Source: Terriglobia bacterium (GTDB lineage: Bacteria > Acidobacteriota > Terriglobia > Terriglobales > Acidobacteriaceae). Taken from it: DNA of 64,000 nt. This document shows, piece by piece, positions 36,386-45,187 of this stretch. The DNA is taken from contig CAWFDY010000001.1 in assembly GCA_963814725.1 (NCBI GenBank), positions 26,780 to 90,779 on the forward strand, written 5' to 3'. Position numbers and translations under genes: made by a program. The notes below the pieces were generated by a model. That model ran no database searches. It was given only the letters and a program-made list of their open reading frames with translations, and had not been told where the DNA came from. Within the stretch, counting starts at the first letter, position 1. Each line of letters opens with the position of its first letter.

Positions 36386-36637
36386 GTTTCCTCCGGAAAA
36401 CATTGTAGCCCGATCGTGCCATGGGAAATAAGCAGCCAGGCCAGGCGGTTGCCAGCAAATGGCGCGCATAAAACCTTTGCGCAGCAGGCCGACTCTAACG
36501 CAATAGGAAATTTCGATTTGAGTGACTTACAAAAGTCACTTGCCTTCGCGACAAGGCTGAGGTTAAGTAGAGTTTCCAGGCTGTCGCTGTGGCGAAACCC
36601 CGTGTCACTCGGGGTTTTGAGGAGGAGTGAGATCCAG

Positions 36638-37189
36638 ATGATTCCGGAATCGCATCCTTTGCAGCAGTTGTTTATCGAGCTCGTGGGTCGCCATTACGCG
36701 GAAGAGATTGGACTGCGCGATCCGCAGATCGTGAACTACGTCGCCCACCTGATGGCCGAGTTTTGTGACGCGGAAGAGTTATGCAGAATCCGCAACGCCG
36801 AGGGCCGGCCCCTGACCGATGTCGGCGAGATGCTGGTGGAATCTAATCCCGTGTTCGGCCCGGCGCCTTCTTTCGATCGCGAGCGCCAGGTGCGCAAACA
36901 CATCGGCGACTACACACTGTTCTTCACCGGCATGTTTCCCGAGAGCATCAATCATTTCCGCCTGCGCCGCAACCGTACGGAGAACTTCGTTGACTGGATC
37001 AAGGCGGGCAAGGAAAGCTACTACATCGTTTCAAAGTTCGAACACTTTGAATACGCCAAGGTGGCTCCGCTCTTTGCCAACCTCTCGCAAAATTTCGAGG
37101 GCTGCGTGTACGGATTAAACCGGGTCAAAAACGATCTGCAGGAGATGCAGCATCCGCTGGTGCAGCGCGCCAATGAACTGCTGATGTAG
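36638..37189 (+). CDS. Conserved-looking hypothetical protein (183 aa)
   Basis: GGAGGAG lies 10 nt before ATG 36638. Coding-like composition, no motif recognised. The longer ORF from 35882 overlaps RidA and is rejected. Confidence 0.65.
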   Translation: MIPESHPLQQLFIELVGRHYAEEIGLRDPQIVNYVAHLMAEFCDAEELCRIRNAEGRPLTDVGEMLVESNPVFGPAPSFDRERQVRKHIGDYTLFFTGMFPESINHFRLRRNRTENFVDWIKAGKESYYIVSKFEHFEYAKVAPLFANLSQNFEGCVYGLNRVKNDLQEMQHPLVQRANELLM

Positions 37190-37193
37190 ATCG

Positions 37194-37222
37194 ATGTGGG
37201 TGCGAGCGTCCTCGCTCGTGCT
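37194..37222. repeat. Family B repeat unit between convergent genes
   Basis: ATGTGGGTGCGAGCGTCCTCGCTCGTGCT. Confidence 0.8.
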
Positions 37223-37278
37223 GAGATGTGCCCTGGTTCGATTCGCTGCAGCGCGACGCTCGTGCCCACACCAACAAC

Positions 37279-38097
37279 TCAGGCTCCGGCGGCCTGGCCT
37301 TTGCTTAGTTTTCGGTCTGCCTTGGCGGCGTACATCTGATGATCGGCGCCATCCAGCAGGTCGTCCAGAGTTTTCCCTATGGTCCATTCGGCGACACCGA
37401 TACTCAGGCTCAATTCGAATTTTTCCAGGTGGCCTGCGCGGTTCCATTCCGCCAATCCGGTTCTTATTCTTTCGACCACGTGGCGGGCATCGGGACATGA
37501 AGTGTCCGCCAGGATGATCAGGAACTCGTCTCCGCCGTAGCGAAAGACCGCATCTGAACCGCGAACGCAATGCTTCAGCAGAGCCGCCGTGTTAGCCAGC
37601 ACGACATCTCCGGTCAGGTGGCCGAAACGAGTGTTAACGGCCTTGAACTGATCCACATCGATCAGCATAAGGGTGAGTGGCTTTTGGGAACGCCGCGCCT
37701 GGCTCATGAAGCGGCCGGCCATCTCTTCGAGCGACTGCCGGTTATAGATCTCGGTCAGAGGATCGGTAAATGACTGCTGCTGTACCAGCTCCTGCTGAAT
37801 CGTTCTGGAAATTAATTCTTCCCGAAGCTTGCGCAATTCGACCCTGCGCGAGACCAGGTAGGTATTCAGCAAGGTCAATAATACGATCAAGCCCAGCACC
37901 AGCGGACGCGAGACCGAGATTTCGAAGTGAATGTTGCCTTGCTTGAGAAAGGCTGCGGGGAAAAGCACAGCACAGAGCCCGGCGCCGACCAGCAGGCCGG
38001 CCAGCGAGACGATCAGCCATAGTTCTCCATCCCGCTTTTCAAGCTGCGAGAGTTGCTGACTGACGCGCGCCAGAACGGTTTCAGTTTGACTGTGCAT
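37279..38097 (-). CDS. Membrane-anchored GGDEF diguanylate cyclase
   Basis: Two TM helices, RYGGDEFLIIL, and an intact RGSD I-site five residues upstream. ATG 38097 chosen. Confidence 0.85.
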   Translation of the reverse strand: MHSQTETVLARVSQQLSQLEKRDGELWLIVSLAGLLVGAGLCAVLFPAAFLKQGNIHFEISVSRPLVLGLIVLLTLLNTYLVSRRVELRKLREELISRTIQQELVQQQSFTDPLTEIYNRQSLEEMAGRFMSQARRSQKPLTLMLIDVDQFKAVNTRFGHLTGDVVLANTAALLKHCVRGSDAVFRYGGDEFLIILADTSCPDARHVVERIRTGLAEWNRAGHLEKFELSLSIGVAEWTIGKTLDDLLDGADHQMYAAKADRKLSKGQAAGA

Positions 38098-38440
38098 TCC
38101 GCGATCGCTTGAAAGAGTCGATCTAGGGCCACAGTTTAGCTGCTTCTCATGTTCTGCGCCCCGGTACGAAAGTAACGAAACAAGGTGGAAAATGGACGAT
38201 GGCCCGGGCCCGCCAGACATGCCTCGCTCAGGCGCGAGTCTTGGCCGAGCGGCACCGCGCGCTCCCCACCCGAAAAGTTTGAGAAATAATCCGGGATGAA
38301 GGTCTGGGGCAGAAAAACTAACGCTTCGGATCGCCCACGGCTCGTAACGGGCGAGAGCGCCCGCTCACATTTACAGGTTTTGGGGCAAAACCGATGGGCT
38401 AGCAACCCTTGAAAGGCTGCCTGCCATCGAATTGGCAGCT

Positions 38441-38812
38441 ATGGCCAAAAAGATTCTGGTCACAGATGACAACCCTCATATCCGGACAGCGATCCGTTCA
38501 GCGATCGAAAGGCGCACTGATTGGGTTGTCTACGAAGCCGAGCACGGGGGAATTGCCGTTCTGATGGTCGGCACTCACAAGCCCCACCTTGTGATCCTTG
38601 ATCTTTCAATGCCAGTCATGAATGGGTTGGACGCAGCGAAGGCGATCTCCAGGATTTGTCCCGGCATTCCGATGATACTGTTTACCCTGCACGACAATCA
38701 GAGTGTTGGGGCGGCCGCTCACGAAGCAGGTATCCGACACGTCTTTTCCAAATCAGAGGGAATGGGCGATCACGTTTTCCATGCCATGCATGCGCTACTG
38801 GGAACGGCCTAA
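38441..38812 (+). CDS. Single-domain response regulator (CheY-like)
   Basis: ILVTDDN, LVILDLSMPVMNG and a conserved T/K layout. Confidence 0.85.
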   Translation: MAKKILVTDDNPHIRTAIRSAIERRTDWVVYEAEHGGIAVLMVGTHKPHLVILDLSMPVMNGLDAAKAISRICPGIPMILFTLHDNQSVGAAAHEAGIRHVFSKSEGMGDHVFHAMHALLGTA

Positions 38813-38911
38813 CTCGAGCCGGTTAACGGCCAAACACCCACTTCTTTCCGCAAGACTTTCAATGCATCCAGGGCCTTCAGCCTACAGTATAGTTATCCCA
38901 GAAAAGAATGC

Positions 38912-38987
38912 GGGCCCTTAGCTCAGCGGTTAGAGCAGTGGACTCATAATCCATTGGTCCTAGGTTCAAATCCTAGAGGGCCCACCA
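38912..38987 (+). tRNA. tRNA with CAT anticodon (Met or lysidine-dependent Ile2)
   Basis: 76-nt cloverleaf: acceptor GGGCCCT/AGGGCCC, anticodon loop CTCATAA, T-arm CTAGG-TTCAAAT-CCTAG, encoded CCA. G1:C72 rules out an initiator. Confidence 0.9.
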
Positions 38988-39218
38988 CTTCACCGAAACT
39001 TTCGGGTTCAGTGACCCGCTTCCTTTGAATTTTAGACGGACGTGATATTCCCTGAAGATGCAGTCTGTTTGTTCAACCTATCCAGCGGAACCCGTTGATT
39101 GATGATTGTCTTTTTAGTGACGAGCTGCTTATCTCTTTGCCTGGAGCAGCGTGCCTGAAAAGGCAACGCGCGAGATTGGTTGCTACAGCGCCAGGTTTGT
39201 CTTTGCTGTTCGGGACAA

Positions 39219-39253
39219 GCCCCACTTCTCGCAAAGGAAGCGAGAAATGGGGC
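39219..39253. repeat. Hairpin GCCCCACTTCTCGC-AAAGGAA-GCGAGAAATGGGGC
   Basis: 14-bp stem with one mismatch, in the low-GC stretch after the tRNA. Confidence 0.6.
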
Positions 39254-39297
39254 ACCCCTGCGGTAGTAATTGATCCGCCAGATCCCCCCGCTTTGTT

Positions 39298-40941
39298 CTA
39301 CTGCATACTCTCCGGCAACGCCCAGGCGAAGACTACGCCGCCGCTGCTGGTTACCACGTACTGGCGCTTATCGAGTTCGTAAGTGATTGGGGAACTTTCC
39401 ATCCGGATACTTGTGCCGGCGTGCCAGAGAGTTGTGCCGTTGCTGGTATCGAGGGCGAAGACATTGCCGGTGTTATCGCCGGTGAAAGTCAGGCCCGACT
39501 CGGTGGTGAGAATGCCGGCGTGGGCGTCGCCTCCTACTTCGTGGCTCCAGCGAACCTTGCCGGTCTGGTAATCGATGGCTTCGACCACTCCTTTGCCCCA
39601 GACGCCGTAGTCCGCGCCGGCCCAGCCGTACGCGCCATCAGCGGGCTTGGCGAAATAGATCGACCAGCTGGGGTGGGCGGAGACGATGAACAGTCCGGTC
39701 TTGGGATCGAAGCTGGGCGAACGGTAGTTGGTGAGGCCGGCCTCGTCGGGCGCGATCAGCCGGCCGTCAGGAGTCGGTTCCTTTTCTGGATTCGGAATCG
39801 GCCGTCCTTGCTGATCCACACCGAGGGCCCAGTTCACGGGGCCGTAGGGCAATGTCAGGAGACTCTTGCCGTTTGTGCGGTCAAGCACGAAGAAGTAGCC
39901 GTTGCGCGAGGTCTGCATCAGCATCTTGCGCGGCTGTCCTCCGAAGTCGGCATCGACCAACACTGGAGTTTCGACAGCATCCCAGTCGTGCGTGTCATGA
40001 GGAGAAGGCTGGAAAGCCCAGGCAAGTTTTCCGGTGTCAGGACTCAGGGCGACGATGCTGCAGGTGTAAGGATTGTCGCCGGGCCGCGTCTTGCCGTTCA
40101 GCACCGGCGTGGGATTGCCCGTCCCCCAATAGACGAGGTTCAGATCCGGATCGTAGGTGCCGGTCATCCATGTCATGCCGCCTGAAGCAGCACCGGGAGT
40201 GCCGAGGGGAGGCGTGCTGTCCCACTGCCACTGCGTCTTGCCGGTTTCAGGATCGACCGATCGCAGGTATCCGGGCAAATTATCGAAGTCTCCGGAGACG
40301 CCAACGATCACATGATCGCGCACCACCAGCGGAGACATGGTGGACCAGTATCCCTTTTGCACGTCGGCAATTTGCACGTTCCATCGCACTTTGCCGGTGT
40401 TCGCGTCCAGCGAAATCAGGTGGGCGTCGGGCGTGATGAAATACAGCCACTCCTTGTACATGGCAACGCCGCGATGTCCGATGTGGAGACCCTTGTTGGG
40501 CGGGTAGGTGTAATGCCATATCTCATGACCGGAGCGGGCATCGACCGCCCAGACGTTGTCGGGCACGGTGAAGTACAGCACGCCGTTAACCAGAAGAGGC
40601 GAGGACTTGAGTGTGGCTGGCTGATTCGTCTGGAAGGCCCAGGCCAGACCCAGCTTCGACACGTTCTGCGGAGTGATCTGTGTCAGACGGCTGTGGCGCT
40701 TGCCGGAATAGTCGCCGTGATAGCTCGGCCAGCTATCGGCGGGCGGATTGGCAATCGTCGCCGGATCGAGCCCCTGCGCTGCGAGAAGGCTGGACGCCGA
40801 CAGAGTCACGGCGAGCACAAGAAAACGAAAGATGCCGGGGACGGTATGAGATGCATTGATCTTTATTAAGTCGATCTTTATGAACTTGGTCTTTATCAAA
40901 TCGATCGCTATTGATTTGGGCATTGTTAAATTGGTTCGCAA
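39298..40941 (-). CDS. PQQ-dependent dehydrogenase-like beta-propeller protein (quinoprotein family)
   Basis: SWPSYHGDYSGKRHSRLTQITPQNVSKLGLAW N-terminal signature and W-rich propeller repeats. TTG 40941 is preceded by AGGAG. Confidence 0.8.
   Translation of the reverse strand: MRTNLTMPKSIAIDLIKTKFIKIDLIKINASHTVPGIFRFLVLAVTLSASSLLAAQGLDPATIANPPADSWPSYHGDYSGKRHSRLTQITPQNVSKLGLAWAFQTNQPATLKSSPLLVNGVLYFTVPDNVWAVDARSGHEIWHYTYPPNKGLHIGHRGVAMYKEWLYFITPDAHLISLDANTGKVRWNVQIADVQKGYWSTMSPLVVRDHVIVGVSGDFDNLPGYLRSVDPETGKTQWQWDSTPPLGTPGAASGGMTWMTGTYDPDLNLVYWGTGNPTPVLNGKTRPGDNPYTCSIVALSPDTGKLAWAFQPSPHDTHDWDAVETPVLVDADFGGQPRKMLMQTSRNGYFFVLDRTNGKSLLTLPYGPVNWALGVDQQGRPIPNPEKEPTPDGRLIAPDEAGLTNYRSPSFDPKTGLFIVSAHPSWSIYFAKPADGAYGWAGADYGVWGKGVVEAIDYQTGKVRWSHEVGGDAHAGILTTESGLTFTGDNTGNVFALDTSNGTTLWHAGTSIRMESSPITYELDKRQYVVTSSGGVVFAWALPESMQ
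40868..40927. repeat. 4 x 15-bp imperfect tandem repeat (GATCTTTATNNNNTC) inside the 5' end of the quinoprotein ORF
   Basis: Units start at 40868, 40883, 40898 and 40913. AT-rich, with three GATC sites. Confidence 0.75.
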
Positions 40942-40953
40942 TCCGGTTCGCTC

Positions 40954-41775
40954 CTAACGCAGAGTTTGCAGGTAAGCCATCAGGTTGTGAACGTCGTCGT
41001 CGGTGTACTTCCCCAGCAACTCGACATGAGCTTCGGCGGGGGCGTGCACCGTGAATTTGACCTGGCTCGCGGGCCAGGATTGATACCGCCCGGCGTCATC
41101 GGTCAGGCCGATGGTGAACTCATCCTGAAAAGAGAGTTTGCCCGAAACCGCCTGGCCGGAGGGCAGAGTGACAGTAACCGTGGCGGGAGCGCCGCGAGGA
41201 TAGAGCAGCCGCTTTTCAAGTTCAAGGCCGCGATAGTGCCGGGCAACGCCGGCCAGGTCGCCGGTTGGGGAATGGCAGGTTGAGCAAGTGCCGGCGCCAT
41301 TGAAATATTGTTTTCCCGCTTCGGCGTTGCCCGTCTGCAGATCGCTGACGGATACGCCGCGCCTTGCTCCCGGCCGGGATTCTGACTTTTTCTTCTGTTC
41401 ATGAAGGAAAGCGGCCAGCTCGGCGATCTCCTGGGGAGAGACTTTGAATGCGGGCATGCCGCTTTGAGGACGTCCATTGAGCACGACGCCGCCGATTTTA
41501 TTGCCCCCGACGTCGCTGGTGACGAGATCCGAATCCATGAGATCAGGCCCGCTTTCACCACCGCCGGCATCGCGGCCATGACAAAAGGCACAATCCTGGC
41601 CAAACAGAGTCTTGCCGCGCTCCGCGGCCAGACTTCCGGATTTGGCCGGATCTGGCTTGGTTTGCCCCGCCGCCAGCAGGCATCCGGCAATCACGGTCAC
41701 GGCGACGGTCAAAACGTTCCTGGGCGCAAACATGCGAAGCCTGAATACGGATGAAGCGGTTGTCGAGCGAGCCAT
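40954..41775 (-). CDS. Dihaem c-type cytochrome
   Basis: Two CxxCH motifs (CAFCH, CSTCH) and a signal peptide. Stop lies 13 nt before the quinoprotein start. Confidence 0.85.
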   Translation of the reverse strand: MARSTTASSVFRLRMFAPRNVLTVAVTVIAGCLLAAGQTKPDPAKSGSLAAERGKTLFGQDCAFCHGRDAGGGESGPDLMDSDLVTSDVGGNKIGGVVLNGRPQSGMPAFKVSPQEIAELAAFLHEQKKKSESRPGARRGVSVSDLQTGNAEAGKQYFNGAGTCSTCHSPTGDLAGVARHYRGLELEKRLLYPRGAPATVTVTLPSGQAVSGKLSFQDEFTIGLTDDAGRYQSWPASQVKFTVHAPAEAHVELLGKYTDDDVHNLMAYLQTLR

Positions 41776-42093
41776 TACTGGAAGACCCTCCTGAAGTCAG
41801 CGGTGCTGGACTGCCGAAAAGCGGAAGAATGAAAGCGAAGTCTAGTCTCCATTGGCTGCGGCTGCAACCACGACCACGCTACCTCTCTCCATTTTTGGTT
41901 CGATGCGGTGCAGGGGCAGGTCAGGTAGTCAGTCTCGCGGCGAATATAAGAGAGTCCCTCTTGACGATCTGTGACTATGCTCGTCGGAAGGCTCGGCGGG
42001 TCTGTAGAAGAAGAAAAGCGAATTCCACTTCTTAACAACTGTCTTCAACAGGAGGGCGGAGCGCCGGCCGCTTTTGCCCTTCCGGCGTGAGCT

Positions 42094-43431
42094 TTACTTG
42101 TTGAGCACCGTGACTTCAACGCGCGCGTTTCTAGACCGGCTCAACAGTGCGCCCAGGCCTGCGGTGTCGTCTCCGTCAGGCCCGTGAGACTGGGTTCGCG
42201 GATCCTCGGTGTCTGTGGATACAACGGATCGATCCCGGGAGGAAACCTCCGCATGATTTCGATTCAGCATGGCGCCGAGGGTGGAAGCGTCTTCGCCATC
42301 CGGCCCATGTGGCTCAAGCCGTGGATCGTTCGAATCGTGATAGGCCGCGAGCCGATATTCACCGGGGCCCTCGGTGGAAATTCTCTCGGCTGCAACGCCC
42401 TGATCGGCCAGCATGACCCTGATGGCGTCGGCGCGGTCCCGCGCCAGCGTCTGGTTGGCGACGGCGGATCCACCGTTATCGCCCTGGGCCAGTACTTGCA
42501 CCTGTGCCGACGGAAACGCGCTCAGGACCTGGGCCAGATTGTCCACGGTTGGCCGCGAGTTCGGCATCAGCTGGGCAGAGCCGGCTTGAAAGCGCAGGTC
42601 TTCGAGAACGAACGTTCTGGGCGCGGCCTGGGAGTTATCGCCGAGAAACTGGGCCAGGCTGTGGATGGTGTGAGCACTGCCGAAGCTGCCAGTCTCAACC
42701 GAGCGAGACCCTCGCGGACGGAGGAAAAAAAGCAGGACAATGGCAGCCATGACCATCCACAGGAGCGGGCGCCAGTTTGGGGATGTGGCGACGGCGGGAA
42801 CTTCGCGAATCCCCTTGGTGGTTTCGGATGGAGTCGCCTCCACGGCATCCTTCGGACGCGGCACTACCATGGGGCCGCCGCCGCTCAACAGTTGCAACAA
42901 GCCCGGAGGCGCGGCTGCGGTGATTTCCGATTTTTCGCTCAGGATCGCGTTGGCAAGGCCGCTCGAATCCAGCCCATGCGCGGCCGCCGTCTTCCCCAAA
43001 ACACCCATGATGAGAGAAGCGGCCAGGCTGAAGAGCGAGCCTGCCGCGGCGGAACTTACTCCGCCAGAGCGTGCGACCAGGTTCGTGACCGAGGCGGCCG
43101 TCCCCGGGAAGATGCCGCGTATGAGTTGCTGGCCCGCTGACCGCATGGTGCTGGTCGTGCCGCCGCCGGTGAACAGGGATCCGGCATTGTCCGCGGCACG
43201 CACGAACCCGCCATCGCGAACCAGGCCTCCGAGGTTGTTGACGCCTTCAGGGGTGGACACCATACGCACCAACCCATTCAGTACGCTGGCCGCTGCGCCA
43301 CTCAAGGTTTGCCGCGTGGCTGCTTCCGATTCGCCGACCAATGAGCTGGCACTGCGCACCGTTTCCGGCGTGAGATGGCTTTTCACGGTGTCCATGAGAC
43401 TTCCGGGCCTTGGGGATTCAGGGGTGGCCAT
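42094..43431 (-). CDS. OmpA-family protein with DUF937-like N-terminus
   Basis: AAGGAG lies 8 nt before ATG 43431. One central TM helix. C-terminal OmpA-like domain ending NARVEVTV. Confidence 0.75.
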   Translation of the reverse strand: MATPESPRPGSLMDTVKSHLTPETVRSASSLVGESEAATRQTLSGAAASVLNGLVRMVSTPEGVNNLGGLVRDGGFVRAADNAGSLFTGGGTTSTMRSAGQQLIRGIFPGTAASVTNLVARSGGVSSAAAGSLFSLAASLIMGVLGKTAAAHGLDSSGLANAILSEKSEITAAAPPGLLQLLSGGGPMVVPRPKDAVEATPSETTKGIREVPAVATSPNWRPLLWMVMAAIVLLFFLRPRGSRSVETGSFGSAHTIHSLAQFLGDNSQAAPRTFVLEDLRFQAGSAQLMPNSRPTVDNLAQVLSAFPSAQVQVLAQGDNGGSAVANQTLARDRADAIRVMLADQGVAAERISTEGPGEYRLAAYHDSNDPRLEPHGPDGEDASTLGAMLNRNHAEVSSRDRSVVSTDTEDPRTQSHGPDGDDTAGLGALLSRSRNARVEVTVLNK

Positions 43432-43657
43432 GGTCACAACTCCTTGCGGTCGATTCAACGCGGGCGTCTTCGCGCCCTGACTTGAAGGGGATACCCGGAC
43501 GCACTGATCTGGGAACTGTCAGTACTATCAGGGTGAGCGGGTTACCGGGGTTTCTGTCATGACGTTGATGCGAGGGCAGCACCTGGGTTCGCTGCCCTCT
43601 GGAGAGACGGGCAAATGCTCTCCACTTCTTGACATTCGGATGTACACTTTGCAGTCT

Positions 43658-44554
43658 ATGGCTAAATTATCAGAAGCTAAATCAGCAGTGGACAAGCTAT
43701 CGCGGCGCACGATGCTGAAGGGAGCCCTCTCGGGAGCGGCGGTAGCGTCGGTCTCGTCCATGGCTTGGGCGAAGCCGGCGGCTCCGGTGCAGCGCAAAGG
43801 ACGGATCAAGCAGTCGGTCTCGCGCTGGTGTTATAAGGAGATCCCGCTGGACGATTTGTGCGCATACTCGGCGCAGATTGGTTTGAAGGGGGTGGACCTG
43901 CTCAATCCCGATGAATATGAAGTGCCAAAGCGTTATGGACTGATCTGCAGCATGGCATACGCTGGAGGCGGCGAACTTGTCAGCGCGCTGAACCGCGTCG
44001 AAAATCACGACAGGATTGAAGAAGGGTTTCGCAAAAATATCCCGCTCGCAGCCAAGGCCGGAGTTCCGAACGTGATTACCTTTTCCGGCAACCGCAATGG
44101 TATGTCGGACGAAGAGGGTATGAAAAACACGATCACGGGGCTCAACCGGGTAAAGAAGATTGCCGAGGATAATGGCGTCGTCATCTGCCTGGAGTTGCTC
44201 AACAGCAAAGTGAATCACAAAGACTATATGTGCGACCACACCGCCTGGGGCGTGCAGGTGATGGAAGCCGTGAACTCCCCGCACGTCAGGCTGCTCTACG
44301 ACATTTACCACATGCAAATTATGGAAGGCGATTTGATCGCGACCATCCAGGCGAACATACAGTGGCTGGGACACTTCCATACCGGCGGCGTTCCGGGGCG
44401 GCATGAACTCGACGGCACGCAGGAAGTGCAGTGGGATGGCGTGATGCGCGGCATCGCAGCCACAACCTTCCAAGGCTACGTGGCGCACGAGTTCGTCCCC
44501 ACGCGCGATCCGCGCACTTCTCTGCGAGAGGCTGTCGATCTGTGCGATGTGTAA
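43658..44554 (+). CDS. Xylose-isomerase-like TIM-barrel protein (hydroxypyruvate isomerase family), Tat signal
   Basis: SRRTMLKGALSG twin-arginine signal, ELLN and HFH metal-site motifs. Confidence 0.8.
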   Translation: MAKLSEAKSAVDKLSRRTMLKGALSGAAVASVSSMAWAKPAAPVQRKGRIKQSVSRWCYKEIPLDDLCAYSAQIGLKGVDLLNPDEYEVPKRYGLICSMAYAGGGELVSALNRVENHDRIEEGFRKNIPLAAKAGVPNVITFSGNRNGMSDEEGMKNTITGLNRVKKIAEDNGVVICLELLNSKVNHKDYMCDHTAWGVQVMEAVNSPHVRLLYDIYHMQIMEGDLIATIQANIQWLGHFHTGGVPGRHELDGTQEVQWDGVMRGIAATTFQGYVAHEFVPTRDPRTSLREAVDLCDV

Positions 44555-44555
44555 A

Positions 44556-44688
44556 GGCAGTCGTCAGTCGGCAGTCTTCAGTCTTCAGCCGCTGGCAGAG
44601 CTTCGACGTTAACGGTCTCTTCCAAAACCAATGGCTTCCGAGGTCGGCCGTTCTGGCTGGCGCGTAGACTGACGACTGAAGACTGCCA
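44556..44688. repeat. Inverted heptad-repeat element (CAGTCNN x4.5 ... GACTGNN x3)
   Basis: Left arm 44556-44588, right arm 44667-44686. Related GACTGAC heptads at 55086-55110. Confidence 0.75.
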
Positions 44689-44730
44689 ACTGTATGAGAT
44701 ACTTTTCTTTCACCGCTTGCGAGGAAATTC

Positions 44731-45009
44731 ATGGCTGAGCATAAGGTCTTTTGCGTCAAATTGAAGAAGGAACTCCCGGGTCTGGATGAGCCTCCGTTCG
44801 ACACGGAGTTGGGACAGAAAGTGTATGACAACGTCTCCCTCGAAGCGTGGAAGGGATGGACGGAATTCTGCAAAATGCTGCTGAACGAATATCGTCTCAA
44901 TCCCGCGCGCCGGGAGGACCAGACCGCGATCGTAAAGCAGATGGAGCAATACTTTTTCGGCGAAGGCGCGGCCCCGCCCAAGGAATACGTGCCCCCCTCC
45001 TCGAAGTAA
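44731..45009 (+). CDS. yggX: Fe(2+)-trafficking / oxidative damage protection protein
   Basis: 92 aa: VFCVKLKKELPGLDEPPF..G.KVY.NVS.EAW..W. Confidence 0.85.
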   Translation: MAEHKVFCVKLKKELPGLDEPPFDTELGQKVYDNVSLEAWKGWTEFCKMLLNEYRLNPARREDQTAIVKQMEQYFFGEGAAPPKEYVPPSSK

Positions 45010-45025
45010 ATCCCCGAACGGAATC

Positions 45026-45128
45026 GTGTGGGGCGGACACTCTTGTCCGCCACTTTTGACGTTGATTTTTTTGCTGTCAAAAACGAGAACAACTTCAAAC
45101 GCGGCGGACAAGAGTGTCCGCTCCACAT
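45026..45128. repeat. Family A bipartite inverted repeat
   Basis: Arms at 45026-45061 and 45093-45128. Confidence 0.9.
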
Positions 45129-45187
45129 GCACCTTTTATTGTGCAATTTTCATCATCTCGTAACACTCGCTTGTTACAACTTAACTG

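Noticed and set aside
35882-36637. 435-aa ORF 35882-37189 on the + strand
   Set aside because: Its first 250 codons overlap the well-supported RidA gene on the opposite strand and a family A repeat. The internal ATG 36638 has a strong GGAGGAG site.
38988-39297. Possible integrated element or prophage remnant at the 3' side of the CAT-anticodon tRNA
   Set aside because: There is no integrase, no duplicated tRNA 3' end and no ORFs. The only evidence is a 310-nt lower-GC gap with one hairpin repeat.
42094-42330. Tandem duplication DPRLEPHGPDGEDASTLGAMLNRN / DPRTQSHGPDGDDTAGLGALLSRSRN inserted before the final NARVEV strand of the OmpA-like domain
   Set aside because: The duplication is real in the sequence, but it is most simply a lineage-specific loop expansion. 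I have no basis for assigning it significance.
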